Origin: Eledone cirrhosa
Taxonomy: Eukaryota
Assembly: GCA_964016885.1 (NCBI GenBank)
Contig: OZ024740.1
Coordinates: 303,800,001 to 303,864,000 of the forward strand
DNA length: 64,000 nt
Reading direction: 5' to 3'
Shown here: positions 12,446 to 25,248 of the stretch, in pieces
How the letters are laid out: the number at the start of each line of letters is the position of its first letter
Numbering within the stretch: position 1 is the first letter of the stretch
Translations under genes and position numbers: made by a program
Notes under the pieces: model-generated
Database searches by the model: none
The model's input: only the letters and a program-made list of their open reading frames with translations
Told to the model about the DNA's origin: nothing

Positions 12446-14182
12446 CACAGCGAAAATTACTAGGTAAATGAGACGAAACCTCAGCAACATTGTCTATAGT
12501 GTCATTTTTTATCAAATTTGCGGAATATACCGAGATTTCTCATATTTGTTGTCGAAATATTAAAGGTAAAACACTTTATTCACCTAGAGTATATTTCTGG
12601 CTACTTGTTTCCGCCTTCAAGGGTACTTTACCGCATTTTCTCAACTATTGTTTATAGGCATGGATATACATTCAGCTCGAAATATTAACCGTAAAACTCT
12701 TTATTTAGTGTGTATTTCTGGCCACCTTTTTCCGCTTTTAAGGGTACTTTACCTGATTTTTTAAACTATTGTTTATAGTGATCAACTATTGTTATTATAG
12801 GACGAGTCAATTTCAAGTTTCAAATACAATAAAAAGAAACTAATTACATGTAAACGAAACTTCGTCGTTTTTCTTAATATATTCACTCTGCCTATGCATT
12901 GAGTGCTCGTTTTGGTACGACCACCAGTAATTAACTGAATCACATACATGTGTGTGTGTGTTATAAAGAGTCGGAACCCGACGGCTGAGCTCTTGCCGTT
13001 TTAACTGCTAGTTCCATGATAACTTTCCGAAATACACCAACATATAATTATTCTATTTGGTAAATATTTTATATCCCTTGACCTTTATATGATCTTTAGG
13101 AAAAAGTTATTCTGCCTCGACAAATTCTTTAAGAATTCAAAAGATAATGTCAAAAGGTGTTCAATGATTCCAGCATTAAGTTGATCGAGTTAGTATTTAC
13201 TGCTAAACTTATTTGGCCATAGTCATTGTCTATTTTCTACGAAATAAATCTTATGCAAGTAAAACACAAAACTATATTTTCTTATCAGTATTTGCATCAT
13301 TTACTTCGATTCTTCCGTTTCAATAATCATTTCTTCCTTCGATCCACCTCACAAACTGATATATTCTAAGACATCTACTCTCGGGTCTCGAATAATCTCA
13401 CCCCACCCCCACCCCACCACCCGCTTATTAATTTTTCAGATTTTTTCCAAACCCCCATCCCAGCCCCACCGCCGCTCTTACCACTACCACCCACTTATCT
13501 CCGGCAAAATTTAATTTTAAGTGGTAGCATTCCTGCAACAGTTAATTTTCTTTGTACATTCAAAAATATTATACATGACAAAAAAAGAACATTACAAGAA
13601 AAAATAAATAGGATGGATTAGGGTCTCAATATGTAAACTAAACAACTAATTCTGGTTTTGAAAAAAAAATCAACGGAGACAACCTAGAAAAATTACCGAT
13701 TTTCCAGCCCTCCCCCGCTTATTCCAAATCCTCTCACACTTATTCAAACTCCCTCGCTTATTTCAACCCCCTATTGTTTGGGACCCAGGAGTACATTATA
13801 AAATAACTAAGATAGGTTGGCGTCTCAATATGTAAACTAAATTACTAATTCTGGGTCTTTTTTTAAATCAAGTGAGACAACCTAGAAAAATTCTCGATTT
13901 TTCACCACCATCAGCCTATTATTTGGGCCCGAGAGTAAGTAATATTAACTGTATATTTAATATTAATAGGGGGTGCATTATTCGAGACCCGAGAGTATTT
14001 AACTAAAAAAACATGCTAAATTTATGTTTTCGTAATATGCCATACTTAAATGAACCTCGTCATTATGGGTAGTACGCTAATAAATATGTGGGTTTGTATG
14101 TTTGTTTGTGTGTGTGTGTGTGTGTAGAAAGATATACACACAAGAAAAGAAAAAAAAACGAAAGAAAGAAGTTGAAACTTAC

Positions 14183-14212
14183 CTCTGCTGATTCTTTTTC
14201 TTTAGTCGTCAT
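14183..14212 (-). CDS. Putative first coding exon (MTTKEKESAE) of the membrane-protein gene
   Basis: First in-frame ATG after an upstream stop. Strong donor GAG|gtaagt, phase 0 matching the exon at 3094. CpG-richer unique sequence upstream. Confidence 0.55.
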
Positions 14213-15145
14213 TCTGTCGTGTTTTATAATTGTAACAGATCCACTATAAACGGACTGGTACTCTTGGAGTGTAGTAATCCAGCAGAAAGCCGATTAGGCG
14301 AATCAATAATCGAAAACGAAGTCGTCTAGAAACCAAATTATATGACCAAAAATTCGACGAAACTTGGTCGCCATAAAATAAATCAAACTAAGTCGACATA
14401 CAAACATTCCTTGTCATTATATTTCAAAGTCTTTACCCCGCTTATCCAATTCATATATAATTGTTATATTTTCTATATTAATTGCAGGATTTACACACTA
14501 TCTCGTTTGTAAGTTGTAATTTCTACATTATTTTCGTTTGTTTTGTGTTGTGTTTAGTTATTTCATCCAATATTAGTTGTATCTTCTGCTAATCTTTAGT
14601 TACCGTCTGCATCTACGTTCTGTGTACTTTCTAGAATATAAGACAATGTAATCACCTATATTAATTAACTAACTCTCTGCTAAGTTCGTCTGACTTGCTT
14701 ATTTCTCTCATTACTTATTTGATTAGTTGTTTCTTGTCATACACATCAAAATTATAATAGAATAAAAGTGTTGGTGTTATTTTATGTTGTTGTTGATTTT
14801 GTTTTGTTTCGTGGAGTTTATTAATTTCTTGAATTAAAATATCCAGTTTTCTGCTTCTTCTAGATCTGGCAACGTTTTAAAAGATGAACTCCTACAAATT
14901 ACAAATCTCACTTGAGAAAATATTTCTTAAAGGACATGTGATCTCCGGGTTTGCCTACTTAATTGGAATTCTTACAGTACACAATAAGGGGCCCTCGGGC
15001 GTTCTAGAAACAACTGGCTATAGAAACAATGAAAACATAAATAAGCTGTTGCGTGCAATAATGACACTCCCAGTGTTTCGACTATTAAGACTCCCTCAGG
15101 TTAAGATTTGAGTTTGCAGACGATAGTTCAGGTCAACACACTGTG

Positions 15146-15177
<32 letters not shown>

Positions 15178-17014
15178 CTACCACCACAACCACCATCACC
15201 ACCACCATCATCATTATCATTATGTTCATTGTTATCACCATTGTTTCCCTTATTTTGTTTCAAATTTTAAATGTTGCTGATATTGTTGCTATTATTATCA
15301 ATGTCCGTTGGTATACCCCAGATCAATTTTGATCGGGTAAACCATGTTCCAACCGTGACCATTTCGTCTTTTTCTTATGTATAAGGACCCTAGGGTAATA
15401 TTATCCAACATGACCTTTTCTAGGATTTGAGAGAGATTTGCCTTTCATCCTTTCAAGGTCGATAAAAAAATACCAATCAAGTACTGATGTCGATTCTTCC
15501 TCTACATCTCTTTCTCATTTTCTATCCGTTTCTGGGAGAACTCTGCTATACTCAGACCTGGAGAGAGGGTGGGCTCCGTCGGGTTTTAAAACATGCTCCA
15601 AGAAACTCTCTGTGTCAATATGGCGCCCCTACGACTCCACAACTCCATCAGGAGTTACGGGTTCATACATACATATAAATAGTAAAATTGGATGGTAGGC
15701 AATCATTTATCTACATAATTTATCATAAGAATTTGGGAGTTAATCTGCAACTTTTTAAATTAATAATATAAGTTGCATAAGCTGACGAAACACTGAATTA
15801 GTCGTATGTATGAAAATATATTTATGTTTGAAAAATATCTTATCTAATCATGCTGTAGAGTAATTTTCGAGTTAAAATGCCAAATTGATAGGAAAGTAAT
15901 GTGAGCTTCTGGATCGTAAGAGGTACCACTAAAGACTCAGCCTACGTGTAATGTATCTAGGGTTATTGTTGCTGTAGTTGCAGCACACCTTTGATAAAAA
16001 AATGTTCAAACCATGACAAGCCTGTCTTTTATTAAACATAGGATTGTATTTTCCAAACTGTTCTTTTTAAAGGCAATAAGATATGATTTGAGGGATATTT
16101 GGTTGTTATTTTTTGTAAGTCGAGCAGCCTCATAGGAGCGTCCTTCATTAGGTTATATTTCGAGTATATTAATTTGAAAGAACCCATTCACCTCCAAGGA
16201 ATAGTTGAACTCAGCACTACACGTTAATGAACCACTTGTCACTTTGAAGCAGGATGAGGTGTTACAACCCTCCCTATGGTACCTATTCACAACTGGAAGC
16301 GATGAAACATTTAAAAAAAGGAATATTGCCGGTGCAATGAAATGAACTTCCGTTGGCTTCGACGATGAGTGTTCCAGTTGTTCGATTAACAGAACAGAGT
16401 ACTCGTGAAATTAGCATGTACCCCTTAACGTAATTCTAGCGGAGATTCAGCGTGACAGCGTGGGATAAGGCTGGCCTTCTGTATTACAATGTACAACTTG
16501 ATGTTGCCAGTTGAGTGAACTGGAGCAACGTTAAATAAAGTGTCTGGATCAAGGACGCAACGCACCACCGTCAATCGAACTTACGACCTGACAATCTGGA
16601 GTTAAGCATCCTAACAACTAAGCCATACGTCTTCATACTTTCTTTTTTCAGGAATTTGTTACTATAAACAAAATGGAATTAAGTAGCAACAAAACTTCGT
16701 GAACACGAAATAATTGTAGCTCTACATATCATTTGTCATGTTAACATAACATGACGACCTATGACTGGTGGGTTGGCAAATTTGGTAGAGCATCAGCTAA
16801 AATACCATCGCCGGATTTTTTATGGCTCTTTACGTTCTGAGGTCAACTTTGCCTTTCATCCTTCCAGCGTCTATAAAATAATGCACCAATCAAATATGGG
16901 GTCTTACCCTTACCCTTACTCCACATTTGCTGGCCATGTGCCTAAATTTGAAACCAATATTATATGACTACCACACAAAACATTATTTTGTTGCGTGTGC
17001 GATATTTATTTTGA

Positions 17015-17155
17015 ACTAGCTGACCCCGTGTCGTCAAAAATGACGGCTAATTGTAATATTTTATATATAAAAAGGGTACAAAACCAAGTTTTTTTGTTTA
17101 ATAATTCTTTTATTACAAACTTTTTTGTGGATAAACTATTTGCAACTAACATAGA
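17015..17155 (-). mobile_element. Short non-autonomous Helitron-like remnant
   Basis: - strand 3' end hairpin ccgtca..tgacgacacgg followed by CTAG. Confidence 0.45.
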
Positions 17156-17601
17156 TAACCAAGATAATATATTGGTGTGCATTTATATGTTTACATCTAT
17201 ATGTATGAGTATATAAATATAAACGCAGAAATTCACATACACTCACACAAGCAGTGGTGGACTGGCCAGGTTGCCAGGTTGCCCAATGGCGAGTGGGCCC
17301 CAGGGGGGCCACGGCAGCATTGCAGGGGTCCGCAGTAGCATTGCAGGTTCCACTGTAGTATTTTAGGGGATAATGCTTTGCTTTCAAAAAATACCTGAAC
17401 TCTAAGAGAAAGAATAAATATTTTTTTTATATATATAAAACAATTAAGCAAAGCATTTGGTCAACCAATTCCCCAGGGAATTAATAAAAACCAAAATATG
17501 TGATAGTGCAAATAGCTGGAACCAGTGGTTGTACATTCTACTAAGTCTAAAGCTTAGTGTATTCATTCATGCAAACATACATATATATACACAGACACAC
17601 A

Positions 17602-17648
<47 letters not shown>

Positions 17649-17887
17649 CAATATATTTAGAAACACACAGATACATGCGGACACACACATATACATGAAT
17701 GCATCCACACCCAACTATGAGTTAAGGGTGCCAACCTCACCGATGTTGCTCAATGAATGACTGGGACAGACCAATCCGGTTGAACCAGACTGAACCAGTA
17801 TCAGAGTTAAAAATACATTATGAAGAGAGAAGAAACATTTAGATATAATTAGTAATAAAATGTATCATACCTAAACTGTTCCTAGAT

Positions 17888-17977
17888 TCCTCGACTACGT
17901 AGTTTCGTGGCATAAACAAAAACAATACATCATAAAGATATAGAGTCCTTGCGAGGTCTGCCGACTTATCAAGAGGA
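17888..17977 (-). ncRNA. Type I hammerhead ribozyme, U3-A8 core variant, copy 1
   Basis: - strand: UCCUC-UUGAUAA-GUCGGCA...UGCCAC-GAA-ACUACGUAGU-C^GAGGA. Stems I, II and III all pair; GUC cleavage triplet. Confidence 0.8.
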
Positions 17978-18480
17978 TACCTCATTTTACTAGCCTCAAG
18001 AACGCGTCTACACGACGTGAGAAAGAATCCCAAAAGGAGGAGGGGGAGATAGTCACGCGATATAACGGTCGAGAAACAGAGCTAAGCCTCTTATAACCCC
18101 GAAGAAAATACCACGGAGGCAGAGGGGGTATTTATATCGAAGCCGTAGAAGAGGTGGTGAAGGAGGCGAGAAGTATGAGTAATGGCAGCTTTCCAGCAGT
18201 CACCACACTTCAAAGATTACTCAACCAGAGGGAGTTATTAACAATATATTTAGAAACACACAGATACATGCGGACACACACATATACATGAATGCATCCA
18301 CACCCAACCGTGAGTTAAGGGTGCCAACCTCACCGATGTTGCTCAATGAATGACTGGGACAGACCAATCCGGTTGAACCAGACTGAACCAGTATCAGAGT
18401 TAAAAATACATTATGAAGAGAGAAGAAACATTTAGATATAATTAGTAATAAAATGTATCATACCTAAACTGTTCCTAGAT

Positions 18481-18570
18481 TCCTCGACTACGTAGTTTCG
18501 TGGCATAAACAAAAACAATACATCATAAAGATATAGAGTCCTTGCGAGGTCTGCCGACTTATCAAGAGGA
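18481..18570 (-). ncRNA. Type I hammerhead ribozyme, copy 2
   Basis: Same motif, +593. Confidence 0.8.
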
Positions 18571-19073
18571 TACCTTATTTTACTAGCCTCAAGAACGCGT
18601 CTACACGACGTGAGAAAGAATCCCAAAAGGCGGAGGGGGAGATAGTCACGCGATATAACGGTCGAGAAACAAAGCTAAGCCTCTTATAACCCCGAAGAAA
18701 ATACCACGGAGGCGGAGGGGGTATTTATATCGAAGCCGTAGAAGAGGTGGTGAAGGAGGCGAGAAGTATGAGTAATGGCAGCTTTCCAGCAGTCACCACA
18801 CTTCAAAGATTACTCAACCAGAGGGAGTTATTAACAATATATTTAGAAACACACAGATACATGCGGACACACACATATACATGAATGCATCCACACCCAA
18901 CCGTGAGTTAAGGGTGCCAACCTCACCGATGTTGCTCAATGAATGACTGGGACAGACCAATCCGGTTGAACCAGACTGAACCAGTATCAGAGTTAAAAAT
19001 ACATTATGAAGAGAGAAGAAACATTTAGATATAATTAGTAATAAAATGTATCATACCTAAACTGTTCCTAGAT

Positions 19074-19163
19074 TCCTCGACTACGTAGTTTCGTGGCATA
19101 AACAAAAACAATACATCATAAAGATATAGAGTCCTTGCGAGGTCTGCCGACTTATCAAGAGGA
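19074..19163 (-). ncRNA. Type I hammerhead ribozyme, copy 3
   Basis: Same motif, +1186. Confidence 0.8.
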
Positions 19164-19666
19164 TACCTCATTTTACTAGCCTCAAGAACGCGTCTACACG
19201 ACGTGAGAAAGAATCCCAAAAGGCGGAGGGGGAGATAGTCACGCGATATAACGGTCGAGAAACAAAGCTAAGCCTCTTATAACCCCGAGGAAAATACCAC
19301 GGAGGCGGAGGGGGTATTTATATCGAAGCCGTAGAAGAGGTGGTGAAGGAGGCGAGAAGTATGAGTAATGGCAGCTTTCCAGCAGTCACCACACTTCAAA
19401 GATTACTCAACCAGAGGGAGTTATTAACAATATATTTAGAAACACACAGATACATGCGGACACACACATATACATGAATGCATCCACACCCAACCGTGAG
19501 TTAAGGGTGCCAACCTCACCGATGTTGCTCAATGAATGACTGGGACAGACCAATCCGGTTGAACCAGACTGAACCAGTATCAGAGTTAAAAATACATTAT
19601 GAAGAGAGAAGAAACATTTAGATATAATTAGTAATAAAATGTATCATACCTAAACTGTTCCTAGAT

Positions 19667-19756
19667 TCCTCGACTACGTAGTTTCGTGGCATAAACAAAA
19701 ACAATACATCATAAAGATATAGAGTCCTTGCGAGGTCTGCCGACTTATCAAGAGGA
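19667..19756 (-). ncRNA. Type I hammerhead ribozyme, copy 4
   Basis: Same motif, +1779. Confidence 0.8.
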
Positions 19757-20517
19757 TACCTTATTTTACTAGCCTCAAGAACGCGTCTACACGACGTGAG
19801 AAAGAATCCCAAAAGGCGGAGGGGGAGATAGTCACGCGATATAACGGTCGAGAAACAAAGCTAAGCCTCTTATAACCCCGAAGAAAATACCACGGAGGCG
19901 GAGGGGGTATTTATATCGAAGCCGTAGAAGAGGTGGTGAAGGAGGCGAGAAGTATGAGTAATGGCAGCTTTCCAGCAGTCACCACACTTCAAAGATTACT
20001 CAACCAGAGGGAGTTATTAACAATATATTTAGAAACACACAGATACATGCGGACACACACATATACATGAATGCATCCACACCCAACCGTGAGTTAAGGG
20101 TGCCAACCTCACCGATGTTGCTCAATGAATGACTGGGACAGACCAATCCGGTTGAACTAGACTGAACCAGTATCAGAGTTAAAAATACATTATGAAGAGA
20201 GAAGAAACATTTAGATATAATTAGTAATAAAATGTATCATATATATATCATAAAACATGTCTATAGAATCACAAGATAAAATATATACTATTTCCTCTCC
20301 CAATTAGCATAATTAACTATATAAAAAAATCGAATAGACCAGGCTATACGAATGAGGCTTCTATGAAGGAATCTCCAACAAATAACCAAAACTAGCGCTT
20401 CGCGTCGGCTGTAGTGGAATATTTATCGAATATTTCGACAGCGTAATCGCCTAGATACAGTCAACTAAGCAGAATTAGATTTAAAATAAACTAGGAGAAA
20501 ATAGAATACATTTAAAT

Positions 20518-20605
20518 ACCTCTACCATGGTTTCGTCCGTGTTTTGAGTTTTCCAATAATTATGTAATAATTATATAAACTCGAGCGCCGGATTCTTCAG
20601 GAAGC
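20518..20605 (-). ncRNA. Second, unrelated type I hammerhead-like motif in a TA-flanked cassette (about 20250-20740)
   Basis: - strand: GCUUC-CUGAAGA-AUCCG...CGGAC-GAA-ACCAUGGU-A^GAGGU. Palindromic stem III; A-C mismatch at the base of stem II. Confidence 0.65.
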
Positions 20606-20760
20606 TCGCTCATATCTAGACATTAAATTTTCCAAAACGATCGCGCCAAGAATTCATTTCAAAATGGCTAAAAATCGTGATGTTTGGTATCGATGGGTTA
20701 AAGACATTTGTCAAATCAATTAGTAGTGGTGAAGGTGGTGTATATATATATATTTATTTA

Positions 20761-20829
<69 letters not shown>

Positions 20830-20856
20830 AATGGCGTGCTGTGTTGTTGCAAATGT

Positions 20857-21683
<827 letters not shown>

Positions 21684-21730
21684 CACACATATATATATTT
21701 AACGAAGGGTATTATTTAGTAAGAAGTAGT

Positions 21731-23825
21731 TATAGCGAGCATACTGGGTGAAATGGGTAGCAACAAAACGAGACATGGTTTGTGTATATAATATTTAATT
21801 AACGGTAGATAGAATACTTGACATGTCAAAGATAGATGTTAGAATGAAACAAAGTTAGTAGTTACCGTTTTGATTGCCAGGCAAACGCGGCTGGCAGAGG
21901 GCGCCTGGCTAAGGCCAGGCGCCTGTTGGCCAAATTAATGGCAGAGCCAAATGAGAGGCTCTTGTCCTGGTGCCGAAAAGGCAAAGAGAGAAAGGAAGCT
22001 TAAAGTTGTTAGTTTTATAGGGCTCTGACCGGAAGTCGCAGAAAGGGTTCCACCTCCCGTCTAGATCCCAATCAAAACAAGGGAGACAACCGCTACATAA
22101 CCTCCCGCCAGAATTTTAGTGTATAAAAATCGAAATGAAAATATGTAGCAAGTTGGCGAGAATGTTGTAACAGGCATGAAAATTACGACAAAAGAATGTT
22201 TGGAAAAATCAATGATAGATATCAAGGTAGCCAACCGCTCTTGGCCAGAGAACGACTGGACATCCATCTATCCATCACCCAAAGATACAATGTAATAAAG
22301 TAAAAGTAATAGAAGAGCTCAAAGTTCAAAATATAGTTCACAGGTGTGCAATCACATGACAGCAGGAAAGAAAGTGTGTTCCAGAGAATGAATGCAGGTG
22401 GTTTCTGTTCTGTGGTATATCGTGAAATTTCCAACCTCCGAATGGATTTTCTCACAGGAAGAGTGCTGCAAAAATGAATTCTCTGGCTTTGGTGAAGCTG
22501 TATTGATGTATTGCTGTTGCTGCTGCTGTTGTCTCGCTGAGTGAGCGTATTCGGTGTTTAAATTCACAGTAAAAAAAAATTATTTAGAAAAAATGAGTTG
22601 CGCAAAGTGCTAGAAATAGCAGCCGAAGTTGATGGTCGATGTTGAGAATGCGTTGACCTGGAAGGGTCAAGAGGCCAGCGACCAGAGAAATAAGCATTCT
22701 TAATAAATGCGCGGTTATCAACTGTAAATTTACATTGTAAATTTATAAACCGGCAAATAGAAGAATATAGCTTAAGGCTGAAGAATCCCTGGTGATAAAT
22801 GGCGTGCGGCTGTCTGTGAGTAGAGACATCTCTGTGAATCGAGAATTTGTGCTGCCTACACGTGCCAATACAAGGTTGAAAAAAAATAATATTTCTAACG
22901 CGCGAGAAAATGATAGTGCAATGTTGAAAGTGACAATGATGAAAAAGAAAGGCTTCAATCAGCATAATTATTGGTGTGAACTTTGGGGAAAAAAAAAAAA
23001 AAATTGAACGATGAAGAAAACGATGAACAAAAAGGCAATGGTTCATCGAAAATAAATGTTCCTGTTGAAATGTTATTTAAAGAATATCAAATTTCTTTTT
23101 TTTTTTTTGTGTTTTGAAAGAGTTCGTTGTAAGAAACGAGAAACATATATATATATATATATATCGTGAAATGTTTTTTTTTTGTTTTGAAAGTGTTCGT
23201 TGTAAGAAACGAGAAACATATATATATATATTGGTGAAATGCGACAGTTAATTGATGCGTGAGAGAAAAAGTATGTCTGTGCGAATTCCACATGTGCGTG
23301 TGTGCATGTCCTTGAGTAGTTTCATTGTTTGTCGCTAAATTTGCTGTGTATTCGTAATGTTACTCACAAAACCAGATGTGCTATTTTTTTCTTTTTTTGG
23401 GGGGGTGACCACTTATAGCGATGAACGGCTGCGTGTTCGTATCACGTCAGGGTTACCAATATAGCGAGGATACTGGGTTGTATGAATGTAACAAAACGAG
23501 ACATGGTTTGTGTATATAATATTTAATTAACGGTAGATAGAATAATTGACATGTCAAAGATAGATGTTAGAATGAAACAAAGTTAGTAGTTACCGTTTTG
23601 ATTGCCAGGCAAACGCGGCTGGCAGAGGGCGCCTGGCTAAGGCCAGGCGCCTGTTGGCCAAATTAATGGCAGAGCCAAATGAGAGGCTCTTGTCCTGGTG
23701 CCGAAAAGGCAAAGAGAGAAAGGAAGCTTAAAGTTGTTAGTTTTATAGGGCTCTGACCGGAAGTCGCAGAAAGGGTTCCACCTCCCGTCTAGATCCCAAT
23801 CAAAACAAGGGAGACAACCGCTACA
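21731..23825 (-). mobile_element. Non-autonomous LTR retroelement (TRIM/LARD-like), LTRs 21731-22097 and 23460-23825
   Basis: About 366-bp direct repeats (TGTAGCG...CGCTATA on - strand), 4-bp TSD tagt, PPT ggcgggagg, tRNA-Trp-type PBS, non-coding interior. Confidence 0.9.
23427..23458 (+). pseudogene. 3'-terminal 32 nt of tRNA-Trp including CCA, at the LTR/PBS junction
   Basis: ggctgcgtgttcgtatcacgtcagggttacca versus metazoan tRNA-Trp 3' end as recalled, GGCTGCGTGTTCGAATCACGTCGGGGTCACCA (3 differences). Confidence 0.8.
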
Positions 23826-24147
23826 TAGTTATTGTTAGATGAGGTAACAAGATTATTAGATGAAATAACAAGAATGGCTGAGTTAGTTTATATATAAAGG
23901 TTTACTTCACTTGAGTCAAAAAGAAGAATAAACATGAGTCAAAAAGAACAATAAACATGTTAACACGTGTTGCGATGGTTGACAATGTTATGTTTGTTGT
24001 TGATGTGAAAACAGCGAACGACCAGATAAAATGTGTTGGTGGTTAAAGTTTGTTGCAGTCCCTCGTAGTAGTTCTCGTCCTGAGTCTATGACCATAGTGA
24101 GAGAGAGAAAGTAATGGTTTGTATACCTCTGAATGGTCTGTAGATGA

Positions 24148-24392
24148 CTGTAGACCAGTGTGGCCTGTAGATAGCGGTGAATCTTTCACATAGCTTTTTG
24201 TAGGCGAAATGCTCCGATCGCTCTGTTTTTCTGTAGACCACTGGGGTCTGAAGGTAGCGGTGAATCCTTCACATAGCTTGTCTGTATCGTAGTGCTCCGA
24301 TGTTTCTGTGTTTCTGTAGACGTCAAGGGCCTGAAGGTAGCGGTGAATCTTTACATAGTCAGTTGCTAGCGTAATGCTCCGATCTTTCTGTA
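24148..24392. repeat. About 83-bp tandem repeat x3 inside a TA-flanked, possibly solo-LTR cassette (about 21699-24552, interrupted by the LTR element)
   Basis: ctgtagac...tagcggtgaatc...catag...tgctccgat at 24148, 24231, 24314; cassette ends cgctaca. Confidence 0.7.
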
Positions 24393-24548
24393 TAAACGTG
24401 GGATGATACAGGCTTTATATACCTGTCGCTTCCTGTCTCCCACCTTGAGGGGATAGCCAACGCATTAACCTGTTCACACCACAAGGGTGGTGACCTAGAA
24501 TTTGACCTTTAGGTGTCACCCAAGGTTCAAGGCGTGGACAGATCTCGC

Positions 24549-24599
<51 letters not shown>

Positions 24600-24682
24600 C
24601 GAAGGAAATGTGGTAAGGAACCAGGTGGACCATAACGCACCAAAGTACTCAATACTTGGGGTAGTAGAGTGGGTAATAGGAA

Positions 24683-24772
<90 letters not shown>

Positions 24773-24775
24773 CAT

Positions 24776-24864
<89 letters not shown>

Positions 24865-25164
24865 TATACATACACACATATACATATATATATGTGTATA
24901 TATAACATACACATACATATATATAAATATATTCAGTGAGTGTGAAAGGTCATTATTGAAAGTCTCTGGATTTCGCAAAATACATAATATTTTTATTGGA
25001 GAAGGTGAGATATTTCCCGCAAAATTTTGATTACAGTTTTGTTATCACTCATGTATTTTTGAAAATGTTATTTATTCATTATAAAAATTAAATGATAGCA
25101 TTCTATGTGTAGGTGTATCCCCTTCATCTCCTGGCAACCAATATTTTTCGGCCCAGTCCGCCAC

Positions 25165-25244
<80 letters not shown>

Positions 25245-25248
<4 letters not shown>

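Larger units (their letters stand above)
17646..20241 (-). repeat. 593-bp tandem array, about 4.4 near-identical copies, one hammerhead ribozyme per unit (retrozyme-like)
   Basis: Exact 593 period (ORF track repeats at 17839, 18432, 19025, 19618); bounded by TA runs; no credible protein coding. Confidence 0.95.

Noticed and set aside
17839-18033. 64-aa ORF repeated in each 593-bp unit
   Set aside because: Starts at a non-ATG codon, has no recognisable motif and overlaps the ribozyme; better explained as incidental.
17646-20241. Array as a tandem TRIM/LTR structure or CRISPR-like array
   Set aside because: No TG..CA termini, PBS or TSD; units are identical with no unique spacers.
23427-23458. 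Functional tRNA-Trp gene
   Set aside because: Only the 3' 32 nt are present; no D arm or anticodon arm.
24502-24978. YIYI/THTH-type ORFs here and at other (TA)n/(CA)n tracts
   Set aside because: Translations of microsatellites.
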